In this document: piece after piece, positions 25,288 through 38,799 of the stretch
Layout of the letters: each line of letters opens with the position of its first letter
How positions within the stretch are numbered: the stretch's first letter is position 1
NCBI GenBank assembly: GCA_035084275.1
Contig: CM068756.1
Location: 14,756,001-14,820,000, forward strand
Direction of reading: 5' to 3'
From: Hydrolagus colliei
Taxonomy: Eukaryota
Length of the DNA stretch: 64,000 bases
Notes under the pieces: generated by a model
Databases searched by the model: none
What the model was told of the DNA's origin: nothing
Seen by the model: only the letters and a program-made list of their open reading frames with translations
Program-made: the position numbers and the translations under genes

Positions 25288-26209
25288 GTTTGTGCTTATT
25301 CTATATCCACATTTGCTGAAAATCTATTTATTTTATTATATAAAGTCAGTTTTTCAATTTAACACGTATCTTCTGAGTTAGAAGTTGTATTTCAAGAGCA
25401 CATTGAGGCTTTAACTGACAAAGTCTGGGATTACACTACAAGGCAATGCTTGGATACTGCTGCATTGTTGAAGGTGTAGGCTTTTGTTTTAGACTTTAAA
25501 TCAAGTCCCATTTGGCATGGAAATATTGGGAAAGTATGTCCGATGTTCTTACCAACATAACCCCGGTAAAACTGTTTATTCACTTAATGGCTGTTTGTGG
25601 GACAAATTGGTTGGCTGCCTCGGTCCACAACAAAATACATACTTACCACATTTTAGAGTACTGTACATGCTGCGAAGGGTTGTGATGGGACTTTCCAATG
25701 TTAAATGCACAATATCAAATGAAAGGATTTTTAATTATATCTGGATCTTCTCTAGTATATTTGTCTTCACTATGTTATTACTGTATTTATAATTCATGTT
25801 TGAATTTAATCCTGATAGTTTTCATGGTACTTTTGATGAATCCAATACCTCGAACACCAGGCTTTCATCAGAAGTGCAGAAGTCAAAGTTTATTCCACCT
25901 CTTGCTAACCCCAATTTGTATCTTTGTTCATTATACTATTGTCCCTGAGTCTGATGCTTGGGGGTTCAAACCCCACGTCAGGTCTCGGAACTCATAGAGT
26001 CGAGGCTGATATCTGCCAACTCATTAATCAATTAAATGAACAATAATAACATTTTACAACATGTCCTGTGAAGCTCTTAGAGAGGTCTCTGCAATACTAT
26101 GGACACAAAATCTAATGTAAAGATTATTAATTGTCTCTATCATGCTCTGTCTGTATATTTCTTCATTATGTTTTTGATGCTAATCAATGTTTTAATTTAT
26201 TTCTGATAG

Positions 26210-26530
26210 TAGCTGATGGTGCTTTTATCAAAGTGACCCAGTACCCCGAACACCAGGCTGTAAGCAGAGGTGCTGATGTCAAGTTCTACTGTGCCTTCCC
26301 TCTCCCTGATCACAACTCGTATGTTAGAGTCCACTGGTGGAAGCAAGGCGAGCGTCAATACATACACACGAGACCCAATAACAGGATAAATATTGGTTTT
26401 GACAGTAAATCATGTGGCCTATTGCAACTCCATCATGCCACTGTCCAGGACTCCAGAGTCTATCACTGTACAGTAGTTATTCGGGGGGAAATGGCAAGAA
26501 ATGGAACTGGATCACAGTTAACTGTATACG
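26210..26530 (+). CDS. Gene C exon 2, Ig V-set domain (GTGSQLTV end; DSRVYHC)
   Basis: 321 nt; C, W, C conserved; AG/GTAAGT. Confidence 0.92.
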
Positions 26531-26911
26531 GTAAGTAAGAATACAAGTTGCTTAAAGTGGAAAAATCTCAAAACGTTTCCGTGCATTTATAACGATTTCT
26601 AGTGAATACGTTACAGATACAAACACAGTAGTCATGTGCACAGAACCCATGTAAATGAATAAATATATATTTTGGAGACCGGTTGGACACCCCCGTTCTT
26701 ACCAATAATTTACCGCTACATTTACTTTATTTGTGTCTACTGAAAAGACATACACATTTCCAGTTAACATTTCATCCTAAAACAGCACCTTCAATAATAT
26801 AGTCAAAAATATAAAATAGAAATAAGACACAATTATGGTACATCAAAAACTGAGTAAAGTTTAATCCAGCAACTGAATCCATGTAACTAGACTCTGTTAT
26901 TTCTTCTACAG

Positions 26912-27229
26912 TTCCTCCAGATCCACTGAAGATAGAGCACACAGCTCCTCAAAAAAATACAGCTACATCGCTGACCCTTGTGTGCAAAACAGCTGCATTT
27001 TATCCGGAGAATCTGACCCTCACTTGGCATAAAAATGGGACTGAAATTCCAACTGGGATAATTACCACTAAACAACAGAATACAGATGGACTTTATGAAG
27101 TTTCCAGCTCTTTGGAGGAGATTCAGCCTGTCGTGAGTGGGCTTGTTTATACCTGTCGGGTTTCCCATCTTAATAACCAGACGGCAGAAATTGCCTATAC
27201 TGTTCCTCCTCGAGATACACAAAGAGAAG
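26912..27229 (+). CDS. Gene C exon 3, Ig C1-set domain
   Basis: LVCKTAAFYPENLTLTWHKNG...YTCRVSH; predicted GC donor AG|GCAAGT. Confidence 0.88.
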
Positions 27230-28219
27230 GCAAGTGGATTTGTGCTAACTATTTTTACTGGAATGTTTGCTTCTTTTATTCTGCATTTTAAAATATAGCC
27301 ATACAATTTACATCACATAAATTACCTGTAATAACAATTAATAATCCTAGATTTGATATAAGACTTTCACGTTCGGAAGACATCTCAACAAGCTTCACAG
27401 GTTACACTGAATTGTATGGCAACGTGACAACTAATTTCCACACAGCAATGTTCCATAAATAGCCATGAAGTGAATGACCGAGATAATTTGGGGGATTATT
27501 AACCAGAGCAGCTTCTCTTTTCGAACCATGCCATGGAAAGTCAATTAGTTAACAATTTTACAGAAATATAACATTATAGTAATCGGCACCATAATTGATA
27601 GGCATGATTTACACTCCCCTTAATAATAAATAATACTCTTTATATTTCATTTAAGAGGCGTTCAATACGGGAGAATGCCTCATAGCGCTTCGCATGACAT
27701 AATGTAAAGTGTATTGATTGCATTTTGTGAGAAAACACAACGGACAACAGTATCCCCAAAACAATAATAAATAAATGATAAATTGTATGTGGATGATTCT
27801 TGGCCAGGGGACAGAAGAACCCTCTTCACTTTTAAAATAGTGCAGTACCTATTGTCCAATTGAAAAATATGAGCTTTCATATATTGAAATATATGAGCCT
27901 AAGGATGGTACCTATAGATATAAATTAGTCAAGTTTTATTGGAGAATATATTAACTGCAGGCAATGTAAATCAATATACTGCACTGTAATTTGCCTGTAA
28001 AAATGCTAAAATCTCAGCTTTAAAATAGTTTACTTCTAATGAATGTGAGCAGGAACTGTTGCCAACTTGCACACAGCAACGTTCCATAAATGGCCATATG
28101 AAGTGCACAATCAATTTCATTTAGGACCAGAGCCAAGAGCAGTTTCTCTTTTCCAATAGTGCCATGGTTTCATTAACACCCACTTCAACAGGCAGAGATA
28201 ATCTGGGTTCATAATTGCA

Positions 28220-28515
28220 TAGGGCTGCAGCTCATTGGTGAGAGCACTCGCCTAGCACGTGAAAGACATGGGTTTGATTCCTGGCCGGGCGAAACCTTAG
28301 GCAAGTTTCCCTCCCCCACATCGTAATAATACCGCAAGAAATGAAAACAATAATAATTTAGTCACTCAATCCATAACTTTTTGTGGGACACTGCTGTGCA
28401 CAGTTGGCTGACATGTTTCTCCCACATAATACACAGTCAATCCACTTTACAGTATATTTTGTGAAGCGCTTTGAGAAGTATCAAAGATGTGAAAAGCGAT
28501 ATTTGAAATGCAATG
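28220..28515 (+). mobile_element. tRNA/Deu-type SINE
   Basis: A-box-like GCAGCTCATTGG and B-box-like GTTTGATTCC; L2-like tail. Confidence 0.75.
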
Positions 28516-28918
28516 TTTATGAACAATAAAATCTCATTTGAAACAGACTCAACATTAAATGGAGAATCTTTGAACTGTACAGATTGCAAATTAATGACAC
28601 TTGCCCCTGACACATTTAAATCTCAGCTTTCAAATATTTACTGTGTGATGAATGTGAGAATGGATTCTATATTTGTATCCCATTATAATTTTTGTTATTA
28701 CATTCTAATATTGTGTCCACGATATCTAATTGTTTCCTCCAATAATGATGATTCCTTATAAAATGTTGCACAGAGGGTCGACTGTGCGTCAATGCTGACC
28801 TGTATTTGAACATCATATTTTCCTGCCGGTGCTCAAGCTTGACCAGTTAATGACTGTGTACAGTATTAAACACTATCAGGCAGAGCACACAGCTTCATGT
28901 GGTTGCTTTATTTTGCAG

Positions 28919-29023
28919 GTTCTCACAATGCAATTACAATTATTCGGCTTACCTTTGGAGTATTCATAATCCTACTGCTGGCCATCATCATCGTGGACTA
29001 TATCCGATTTTTTCCACTTTAAA
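28919..29023 (+). CDS. Gene C exon 4, TM with Arg (GSHNAITIIRLTFGVFIILLLAIIIVDYIRFFHFK-G)
   Basis: TTTTGCAG acceptor, donor GTGAGA; homologous to the gene B TM; terminal exon unresolved. Confidence 0.82.
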
Positions 29024-29721
29024 GGTGAGACAGCTATTGACTTTAGTGACTTCAATTTCTTCCATTAAAAAATATTTGCTGAGTCTAGAATAACAGCAGG
29101 AGCTGAAGTGAGAAATATAAATTCCTAGTCGGTAATATATTCCGAGACTTTGTGAAAGGAATTGTGTTGCGATGTTGAAGCATTTCCAATTCTGTGGTAC
29201 AGATCTGCAAATTAAAAAAAAAAATTATTGATAGACAAATAATTGAAAATAATGTAGCAACAGAGTATGTACAGAAATAATTTTAAATTCCAGCTCAAAA
29301 AATCCTCAAGTATCTGTACAGTGGATGACTGCACTAACTGAACAAATTAACTTAAATTACGGTATGATGCGACATTAAGCATCGCATTGAAACTAATATT
29401 ATTCTTTTAGGTTCTGATTTTTAGGTGATGAATTTCAGTTTTTATTTCTAATTTGTGTTTACTGTATTGATCACCTAACACTATGTTCTTAAACGTTTCA
29501 AAAATAGCTTTATCTTTCCAGATCTTCTAATTATATTAGAAGTTCTAAGTGAACTGAAACAGAAAACTAATTGTTGTGGATAGTAAAAATATATATTTTT
29601 AGAAAGACTATTATTTATTTAACTTGATGAAAATTCAGTTAATTAGGAATGTTCATAAGGTGTAAATAAATATGCAAGATCCTGTTGTTTAAAATATGCC
29701 TTACACAAAACAGTAATTTAT

Positions 29722-30710
29722 ATGCTGTTTGTAATCTACATCAATGATCTGGACTTGGGTGTACGGAGTACAGTTTCCAAGTTTGCAGATGACACTAAGT
29801 TAGGGAGAATAGTAAATAGTGAGGAGGATAGTAGCCATCTGCAAGAGGATATAGACAAATTGGTAAAGTGGGCAGACACATGGCAGATGAAGTTTAATGC
29901 AGAGAAGTGTGAGGTGATGCATTTTGGGAGAAGAAATGAAGGGAGGCAATATAGGCTAGATAGTAAAATTTTAAATGGTGTGAAGGAACAGAGAGACCTA
30001 GGGATTTGTGTTAGTGACTCTTTGAAGGTGGCAGGACAGGTAGACAAGGCTGTTAAGAAGGCATATGGGATACTAGGCTTTATAAATAGGGGTATAGAGT
30101 ACAAAAGTCAGGAAGTGCTGACTAACCTCTACAAGACTTTGGTGAGGCCTCAGCTGGAATACTGTGTTCAATTCTGGTCACCACATTACAGAAAGGATGT
30201 GAAGACATTGGAAAGGGTACAAAGAAGATTTACTAGGATGGTGCCAAGATTGAGGGACTTCAGCTATGAGGAGAGGCTAGATAGGCTAGGGTTATTCTCT
30301 CTGGAGCAGAGAAGATTGAGGGGAGACCTAATAGAGGTTTATAAAATCATGAGGGGTTTGACAGGGCAAATAGAGAAAAACTATTTCCACTCGTGGGCGA
30401 ATCTGTGACTCGTGGTCACAGATTTAAAGTAGTTTCAAGGCGAAGTAGAGGCGAGCTGAGGAGAATTTTTTTCACTCAGCGAGTTGTTCGAATCTGGAAT
30501 GCATTGCCTGAAAAGGTGGTGGAGGCTGATTCAATAACAACTTTTAAAAGGGAATTAGATCTTTATTTAGGGAGAACAGGTCTATTAGGCTATGGGGAGC
30601 GGGCAGGGCAGTGGGATTGAATTGCTCTTTTCAAAGAGCCGGCACAGACTAGATGGGCCGAATGGCCTCCTTTTGTGCCGTAAAATTCTATGAATCTATG
30701 AATCTATGAA
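29722..30710 (+). mobile_element. CR1-clade LINE, 5'-truncated (RT C-terminus + 3' UTR)
   Basis: LFVIYINDLD...KFADDTKLG...LVRPQLEYCVQFWSP; one frameshift near 30360; (TCTATGAA)n tail. Confidence 0.95.
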
Positions 30711-32389
30711 TATATTACAGTATATAGGAATTAATGAAGTCAATAATGGGAATAATTATTTAGCAATAATCAGAAATGTTTCCCTTATCATAAGAAGCAA
30801 TGACAAATCACTGTGTGCAAGAAAACAGAACCAATGGAGAATGCACATTACATGTTCCAGTCAGCAGGGAAATAAATAGAATGTATTGAACATAGAGAGA
30901 AATTCACTACTCTTGAATTTACTGATACATTACCAAACTACCAAACAATGCAAGCAGTTATTGTTGAAAACAGCAATGTTACACAGTGTTATAACTACAA
31001 ACATGGTTTTATGAAATGTGAAACGTTTCAATTTTTAATAGATTTCTTTAAATCACTAAATAGTCTGTGTCCTTTCCATTTTGTGGAAGTTCTGTGTTAT
31101 ACTAGTAGTCAATGCAAATATGTCTACAAGCTAGAGACTAATATCAAATATTATACATAAATATTATATACTATATATTATACATATAATCATGTGTCCT
31201 ATTCATTTTCATCAATGAAATTCAATAAAATATTATTGAATTTAAAGTATCCATTAATGCACCTGCAGAGTTTCTCCACTTTACAGCATGTCTTGTGAGG
31301 ACATCCTTTTGGCGTGGCATGAAACTAAATAATAATCCTTGCATTTGATGTAGTGAAAAAAATAATAAATTGGTTAATTCAATCAACGATTGTTTGTTAC
31401 ACACTGTTGTGTGCCATTTGCTGCTGTGTTTCACCCAAAAATATAGTGTCAATTCACTTTTCAGTATATTTGGTGAAGCGCTTTGAGACATCCAGAAGAT
31501 GTGAAAAGTTATATATTCAATGCAAGGATTATTATTGTTATTACAGTATTATCACGTACTTGAGACATCCCAAAGTGCTTCACAAAATATACAGTACTGT
31601 GAAGCGTAGTGACTGTGTATTTTGCAGGGATGTCAAGAACCGTATTAGGATGATGATGAATATTCAATGACTGATTCAATGACAACTTTGCTTTCATGTA
31701 AGGAGTGTACCAAATGCCTTACTTAAAAATGATCACATAATCCAGTGTTTCTGATTTCAATTGAACAGTGCTGTGCATGGAAAATGGTTAAAGTTTTAGT
31801 GCTAGGTGTGTTTATTTCATCATTTCACTGTTATCCATGCTGCTCAATACTATAATTATTAACCTGCCTTTCCCTGGTTTCCTTTACAGTTCATTGGCAT
31901 CGTGAAGGTGATAGTCCATGAGAAGAGCTGGTAGAAATCTTGCTTCTGAGACAGGGGAAGTTTCAAACCATACATTAAGATTTCAAATTCCCTTCATTGT
32001 TGAGGCACTTTTGTGGCTGTTGCGGGTGCTGTTCTCTGGATGACATCAAAAACCAATGTTCTGTGTGTCTGTTTAGTTGGACCATAAAGATCCCAAGGGA
32101 CTTTTCAAAAAGTGAAGGAAGTTTCTCTTGGAGTCCTGGCATCCAGTTAAATTTGTTTATTCACTTGATGTTATTATTATGTTTATTTGTTGGACGTTGC
32201 TGTGCACAAATTGAATGCTGTCTTGTCTAATAAAATCCACCATCAGCACACATTATAGTAAATCCTACTAAGTGTACTGAGAGTCATACCAACATGGAAG
32301 ACGCTGTATGAAATGCAGGAATTTTTTGAAGCATAATCCATGATTTTCAGCAGGTAAATCTTATTGTGAGGCTGGACAACAAGATCTCG

Positions 32390-32530
32390 AAAGAAAGCAC
32401 AAAGTACTGCAGATGCTGAAAATCTGAAACAACAACAGAAGTCACTGGGAACACTCAGCAGGGCAGGCAGCATCTATGGAGAAAGGAAAGTTAGTCAATA
32501 TTTCAGGTCCACGACCCTTCATCAGAACTC
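32390..32530. repeat. Short interspersed repeat fragment, second copy at 57231-57372
   Basis: Shared CAGATGCTG..AATCTGAAAC...CTCAGCAGG..CAGCATC.ATGGAG; family not assigned. Confidence 0.6.
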
Positions 32531-33179
32531 AAAGATTCAGTTTTCATCGGATTATTTTGAAAAGAAGAACTCAATATTTTAAATTCCCCAGCACATTTTT
32601 TGTGATGTAGTTACATATAATTACTGTGTATAGAATTTTGAAATACAAAACAGGGCATTGAACCCAACTTGTTGTTACCAGGCTCTACATGAGCCTCAAA
32701 CCCTTCTTAAAAAAAGCTTATTCATTATCTCTTTATGTGTGTTTACTGAAAATACAAATCATCAACTGTAAATTCAGGTGAGGAAACCCCTATTTTTTCT
32801 TTAGATTTTCTGTAAATGTTTCCATTTCGTACATTTCAATGAGTAGATGAAACGTTCCCAGCTGATGCAGAGAGAAATAAGTTTGAATAGTAAAGTTCCA
32901 TTAAGATACAATAGATTGAAATTACCACCCGCCTACACATTGCTAGAAATGCAAATGTAGAATGCTCCAAATTGATATCAAACATACCACGATCATATTA
33001 GCCTATTATATTTTAGCACAATTATCACAGGAGAGTGAAGATTTCAACTATTCCTACAAAATGTGACCTTGAAGGTAATTGTTTTATTTTTTTAAATGGA
33101 AATACCAAAGTGAAGGACCAATATTCACTAAACAGACAACTTGGTTGAAAATAATTATTGTTTAAAATAATTGTATATT

Positions 33180-33490
33180 TAATAATAATAATAATCCTTT
33201 CATTTGATATAGCGTTTTTTACATCTTCTAGACATCTCAAAGCGTTTCACAGAATATACCTTACAGTGAATTGACTGTTTATTTGTGGGCAAAACATGGC
33301 AGCCAATTGCACACAGCAGTGTCCCACATATAGTAGTGGATTGAAACGAGCAATTTTTTTTTGTCTTGATGGATTATTATCAGGCGTGTGGATTCAGGAA
33401 ACTTGCCCAAGGTTACACCTTGCCTGGAATCAAACCCTGGTTTCCTGCTTGTAAGGCGAGAGCTCTAACTACTGAGCTACAGGACTCCAC
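33180..33490 (-). mobile_element. tRNA/Deu-type SINE, near full length
   Basis: Reverse complement of 44953-45275 including the tRNA head. Confidence 0.85.
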
Positions 33491-34035
33491 TGTAATATAT
33501 TGTAATATAAATATTTTATATTCTACCTTAGACCTGTAATTATACTGCTGAATGACTGTTGTATAGGAAGCTTGTATACTACTGCTTTGTGTTCCCTATT
33601 CCGAACAAAGCTTAGAAATAAAATTTTGTAAATGTGTTATTTGTTCTATTCCATTTATTTCAGTTGTTCCCAAATAATGCACTTTTGTGAAAGGTAATGT
33701 CATTCAAAATAGCTGGTCTCTCAATTGTGAAGGGTGCTTGGTTAAATAATTAGGCGAGCGTGCTCTGAATGAATTTCGTACAATTACCTCATTGAGTCTT
33801 TCACGGTATATTCACCCTAATATGTAGCATTAGTGCACTATGACATCAGACACAAATCAAGTATGTTTTTTCTGAACTACATTTGGAAGAATAAGCTATA
33901 AATTTAAAAATTGGATTCTGTAATTTATGGCTGATATAGGGAGTTGATGCTATTTCAGTCTTTATGTCATACTGGATTTGAACATTTGTGTTACAGAACA
34001 AAGATGTAATGATGAAGAGAAGACAGTGGAATCCA

Positions 34036-34257
34036 GCTAAAACATAGATATAAATGATTTTATACGACATTAATTCAAGCCATATTAAATAGATTTAACA
34101 TTGAGTTAATAACTATGAGTTTATTTGTGCATTGCTGCTGTTAATGGCTAAAACATAGATATAAATGATTTTATACGACATTAATTCAAGCCATATTAAA
34201 TAGATTTAACATTGAGTTAATAACTATGAGCTTATTTGTGCATTGCTGCTGTTAATG
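34036..34257. repeat. 111-bp tandem duplication (2 copies, 1 mismatch)
   Basis: 34036-34146 and 34147-34257 compared by eye. Confidence 0.9.
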
Positions 34258-37200
34258 ATAACCTTAATACAGTAATACTGATCATCATAGAATCTTACAG
34301 CACAAAAGGCCCAACGTGTCAGTGCTGGCTCTTTGAAAAGAGCAATCCAAAGTCAATCCCACTCCCCGGCTCTCTCCCCATAACCCTGTGCTCCCCAAAT
34401 AACCATTCACGTCTCTTTTAAATGTTGTTATCGAATCGGCCTTCACCACCTTTCAGGCACTAAAATAACAATCCTAACAAACAAACAGAAATACAAGCCA
34501 ATGTTATTTGAGAGTGATTGGTCAGGATACCACAGAAACTCAGGAACTTGGAACTCATCGTCTCTGCTAATCATCTGACTCCATATTGCCAAGTGAGCCA
34601 AGCTGACACCCAAGGCCAGATTATGGGGCAGAGGGGGGAAGTTAGATCACATTCAGGAGCCCTTTGAACTATGCATGCAAAATATGTAACAATATCTAAT
34701 TTAGATACTTTCTTGCATGACTTCATAGTTGCAAACATGTCAACTGCAAGATCAACGATATTGTGGGCACAATAGACACGATTGCTTGTCCATTCACTCT
34801 ATCTGGGATCACTGGTTAATTGAGCGATTTTTGGATGAGACTTATCTTTGCGAACAAGTGTTCACCTTCACAGAGCCGGTACTGGTAATATTTAGAATAT
34901 ATGAAATGTAATTGCTATTTGGGAAATATTGATTCCACCAAGTAATTGTATTTAATATACCTCAGCATTTCTCGCTGAATTTTGTCACTTGGATTATGTG
35001 AAATCCAGAACGAGCGCAAATTGATCGACACTGTCTTTATTAAAATATATTTATAGCGTTTCTAAGATAAACTCTATCGCTGCAGAATATGACATCTATT
35101 CTCTACTGTTATGTTGATGGACCTTCTGGAGATATGACTATATGACTAAATGTCTCTAGCTCTGCCTCATTGGGTGTCACTCACGGTTAGCCTCTCACCA
35201 GGTTGTATGAGGCACAAGGCAGCTGGGGCCACTCTCATACTCGGGACGCCCCTTATACCCCAAGGCCCCCCCCCACAGACGGTGCTCCCCTCCCGTCCTC
35301 AGACCCAGGGGCTCCTCTCAGACGCAGACTCCCTTCAGAACCTGGGACCCAGCCACCCCCCCATCAGACCTCGAGTATATAAACCATGGTTTACCTGTTG
35401 ATTGGTTAATCCAGTCTTTTTGATACATTTAATCTTTTGTTTCTTTCAATATTCTATCCTACTTTCATACCTGAACTGAAACAAAGTAGAACTGACCTCT
35501 CCACCGGGTGTCAGACTTCATGGCTTCATCAAGTTTGACTTGTGAGCCTTGATTACCACAAAGTATATAACTCTAAGCATACATATTCACACAACTGCTG
35601 GGCAGTCATCCTGCCACAAACCAGCTATCAGACCTAGAACTGCATTATAGACTGAGCAGGCCTTTGATAATGTAAGTGGAGTGTGAGATTCCAATGGGTA
35701 TTTTATGATGAAGTGTGAACTAACTAGTTTTCCGATCTTTGGTGTTACAGACAAACGTAGGAATCCTGTAACTCGGCAGATACACTGTCCTGGACTTCTC
35801 AGACTCCAATAAAACTACAAGGGGCTCAAAATCTGAATATACTGAGATACAGTTGAGGGAGTATAAGAGAGGGATATCTACAATGAAGCAAGAATAAGAA
35901 ATGCCCAATAAATGACTCAGAGCTATTTGTATATTATTTGTAATACTGGTCAGACTCTGGGTATATATCAAGGATTATTATTATTAAACAGTAAAACCTT
36001 AATAATCCAGCACGGTTGGGGCACTCAATGCCCAGATTTCGGAGATTGCCTATATTTAGAACCTACCCTAGAAATGGCTGGGGAAGCCCCATGGGTGCTG
36101 TAAACAAAGCACTGACATGGAAAAAATGCACGAGTGGCAATCACAGCACCAGATAACAGAGTGACGAAAGCGTGAACTGCAAGCAGCTGTTCTGAATTTG
36201 AGGGTATTTGCTGACTTCGGAAGAAGATGAATGCTGTATGTATTTTCAAATCTTACGGATTTAGCAAGTTGCCGGCTTTTGGAATGTTGGATTATCGAGG
36301 TTTTACTGTATTGTTACTCATGCAACTGTAGTTTATTGAATCATAAAATATCACAACACAAAACAGACATGTTGGTGAATTATATCTGCAATAGTGCTTT
36401 ACCCTGCATGAACCAACAATCTCATAATCTGTTCACTCCCCTGAACATTCCTCCTTTTCAAGAGAATTCCACATTCCCGTCGACTGCGTAAATGTTCTAA
36501 ACGCTGCTTTGCCTTTTATCTTAAATTGGTGTCCTATCGCCACTGACAGGTCAACAAGTGCAATGCGTATTAATGTTTACTCCTATTTTAGTTTTCATTC
36601 AATAAAATAAAACTTATAATATGAAGCACTATTCCAAGTGGAACCCATGTCACAAGATTGATGCTCTCTTCCTTGTCTCTGGTCAGCTCATTCTCACTTT
36701 AGCAATGATGGCATCAACCGTGCAGAAAAACAACAACTTGCATTTATGTAATGGTCCCTGTGTGGGATACTATCCAAGATTGCTTGACATTGGCAGAGCA
36801 CAACACAGAGCTACCAATAGGGAATAGAGGGCATGAGGACATGCAGAAGGCCAGAACCACTCAAGTGGAGACAGTGGGTTGTAGTTCGGGGGGTAAGCAG
36901 GTCGGTGATGTAGGAAGGTGCCATGGCATGAAGGGATTTGAAAATGAGTATGACGATCTTGAAGTCGATCTGTTCAGCAACAAGGAACCATTGAAGCTTG
37001 GCTAGGACTAATGTGAGACATGCCTTTTGTAGAGCAGGTCCAGAACCTTGTTATCTTGTTTGATGCTCGACTCTCATTCAAACCTCACATAGGTGTTCTC
37101 ATTCTCTCAGCTTTCCCTTACCTCTGCAATAATGTATGCCTCTCAACTCCATTAGCATTCTTGCCCTCCCCTGGATGCTTATCTATGAGTTTCAATAAAC

Positions 37201-38799
37201 TTCGTGGCAATAAACTCTGAGACTCTGCTTGCCAGACTCCTCAATCTTGCCTGCAAAGTTGCAGTTGAATCAGAACTCTGCCTTTACACAACCAGGCTCG
37301 CCAAGCCTATCACATAGAGATGACATGCCCACAGAGTGAGAATAGAGTCAAAAGCTTGCCAAGCCTCTTGTGGGGGTTGGAATCGGCTACAAGATATGAT
37401 TGTAGATGGTCTTCCGCTCTTTTGCTTTCCACATTTTTGAATCTCACTGACAAAGGTTCTCGCTCTCAGAGACGGTTTAAGACTTCAAATTACTCGGTCA
37501 ATTTTCTTAGGGGATGCGTCACTGATGGTAAGTTTCATAAGTACGCATACGCAATTTTATTTTACGCAACAATTAACTTTCGGCGGGTGCAATGCCTCTA
37601 TAGGCAGACTGTGGAGAGCTCTGGTGTTCGCTATACAGATACATTATTTAACAAAAGACAAGAGCACAGCACACTCAAATTCTCCCATTTTGATGATTTT
37701 TGCATTACTTTTGTGGCTCACAATATGAGGGGCCTGTTGGTGCATTGCAGCAATTGCACCGACGTTAGAAAACCCCTCTGTTCCCTCTTCTAGACGAATG
37801 GGTCCTCTGTTTCTGTCACTGAGGAGGTTCTAATTCTCTGGTCACCATATAGCATCAACCTTACCTTTGCTGGGCCAGCATCCATGACCCACGCACTTCT
37901 GTCATTCACGGTTGGATGGTAGAATGAACTCAATTGAAAACTTACCTAATTCAATAAGTTATTTTTATTCCAATTTGTATGTAGCGAAATATCTTTTCTT
38001 ATAGTGATTCTGCTTCTTTTTTGGGGGTTGATATAGCAATGATCCTTTGCTGTCTATTCACAGTAAGCACACTTTACAGTATATTCTGATAAACACTTTG
38101 AGACATCTCGAAGACATGATAAGGCACTTTATCAAATGTAAGAAAGCCCTTCATTCTCTGCCTGCTCCCTGCCTCTCAGACCTCCTCACCCAGCATGTTC
38201 GCTTGACTGTCATTGATCTGCTGCTCATCACACACTCCGCCTAACAATCAGAAGTCATGCTTCCAGCCACTGTGCCGTGAATTTCTGGAAAACACTCACT
38301 CAATCCTTCCCCATTGCACTCCCTCTCCCTTTTTTCAAGTCCCGCCTGAAAATCTTCCTCTTCCACCATGCTTATGCACCCCTGTATCTGAAACCATGCC
38401 ACACACCCCAACTGGAAAGGCCTCTGACAACCCCCTGTGTGGAGACCCTACATAGATGCAACATTGTTGTAGTTGTCATTATCATACGTCTCGGTTTCTC
38501 TGTTCCATCATTAGTGGCGATGACTTCAGCAACTATAACAGAACCTCTGGAGCTACCTGCTCAATCTCTCTGCCGTGTTCCATCTTTGCACATTTTCAGA
38601 TTGCACCTGAAGAGTTTTCCACTATTCCTACAGTGACCTTGATATCATAAAAATGTTTATTTTGTGTCAACGTTTGACAGATATGTGTGTATCATTGGAT
38701 ACATGCAGTCTAAAGCTGAACTAATGATCTACAAGCAGCGAGTGTGACCTAGCCCTACCCAATCCAGGGGGCACTGACCACAGGTGACCGTTTTAATTT

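Noticed and set aside
26887-27306. Minus-strand ORFs over C1 exons (also 42563-43006, 55087-55350)
   Set aside because: Antisense shadows of the C1 exons, repeated only because the exons are near-identical
37320-37793. 157-aa ORF with an SSGVRY motif and a GTAAGT donor-like site
   Set aside because: No Ig Cys/Trp framework, no paralog in the window and no matching acceptor
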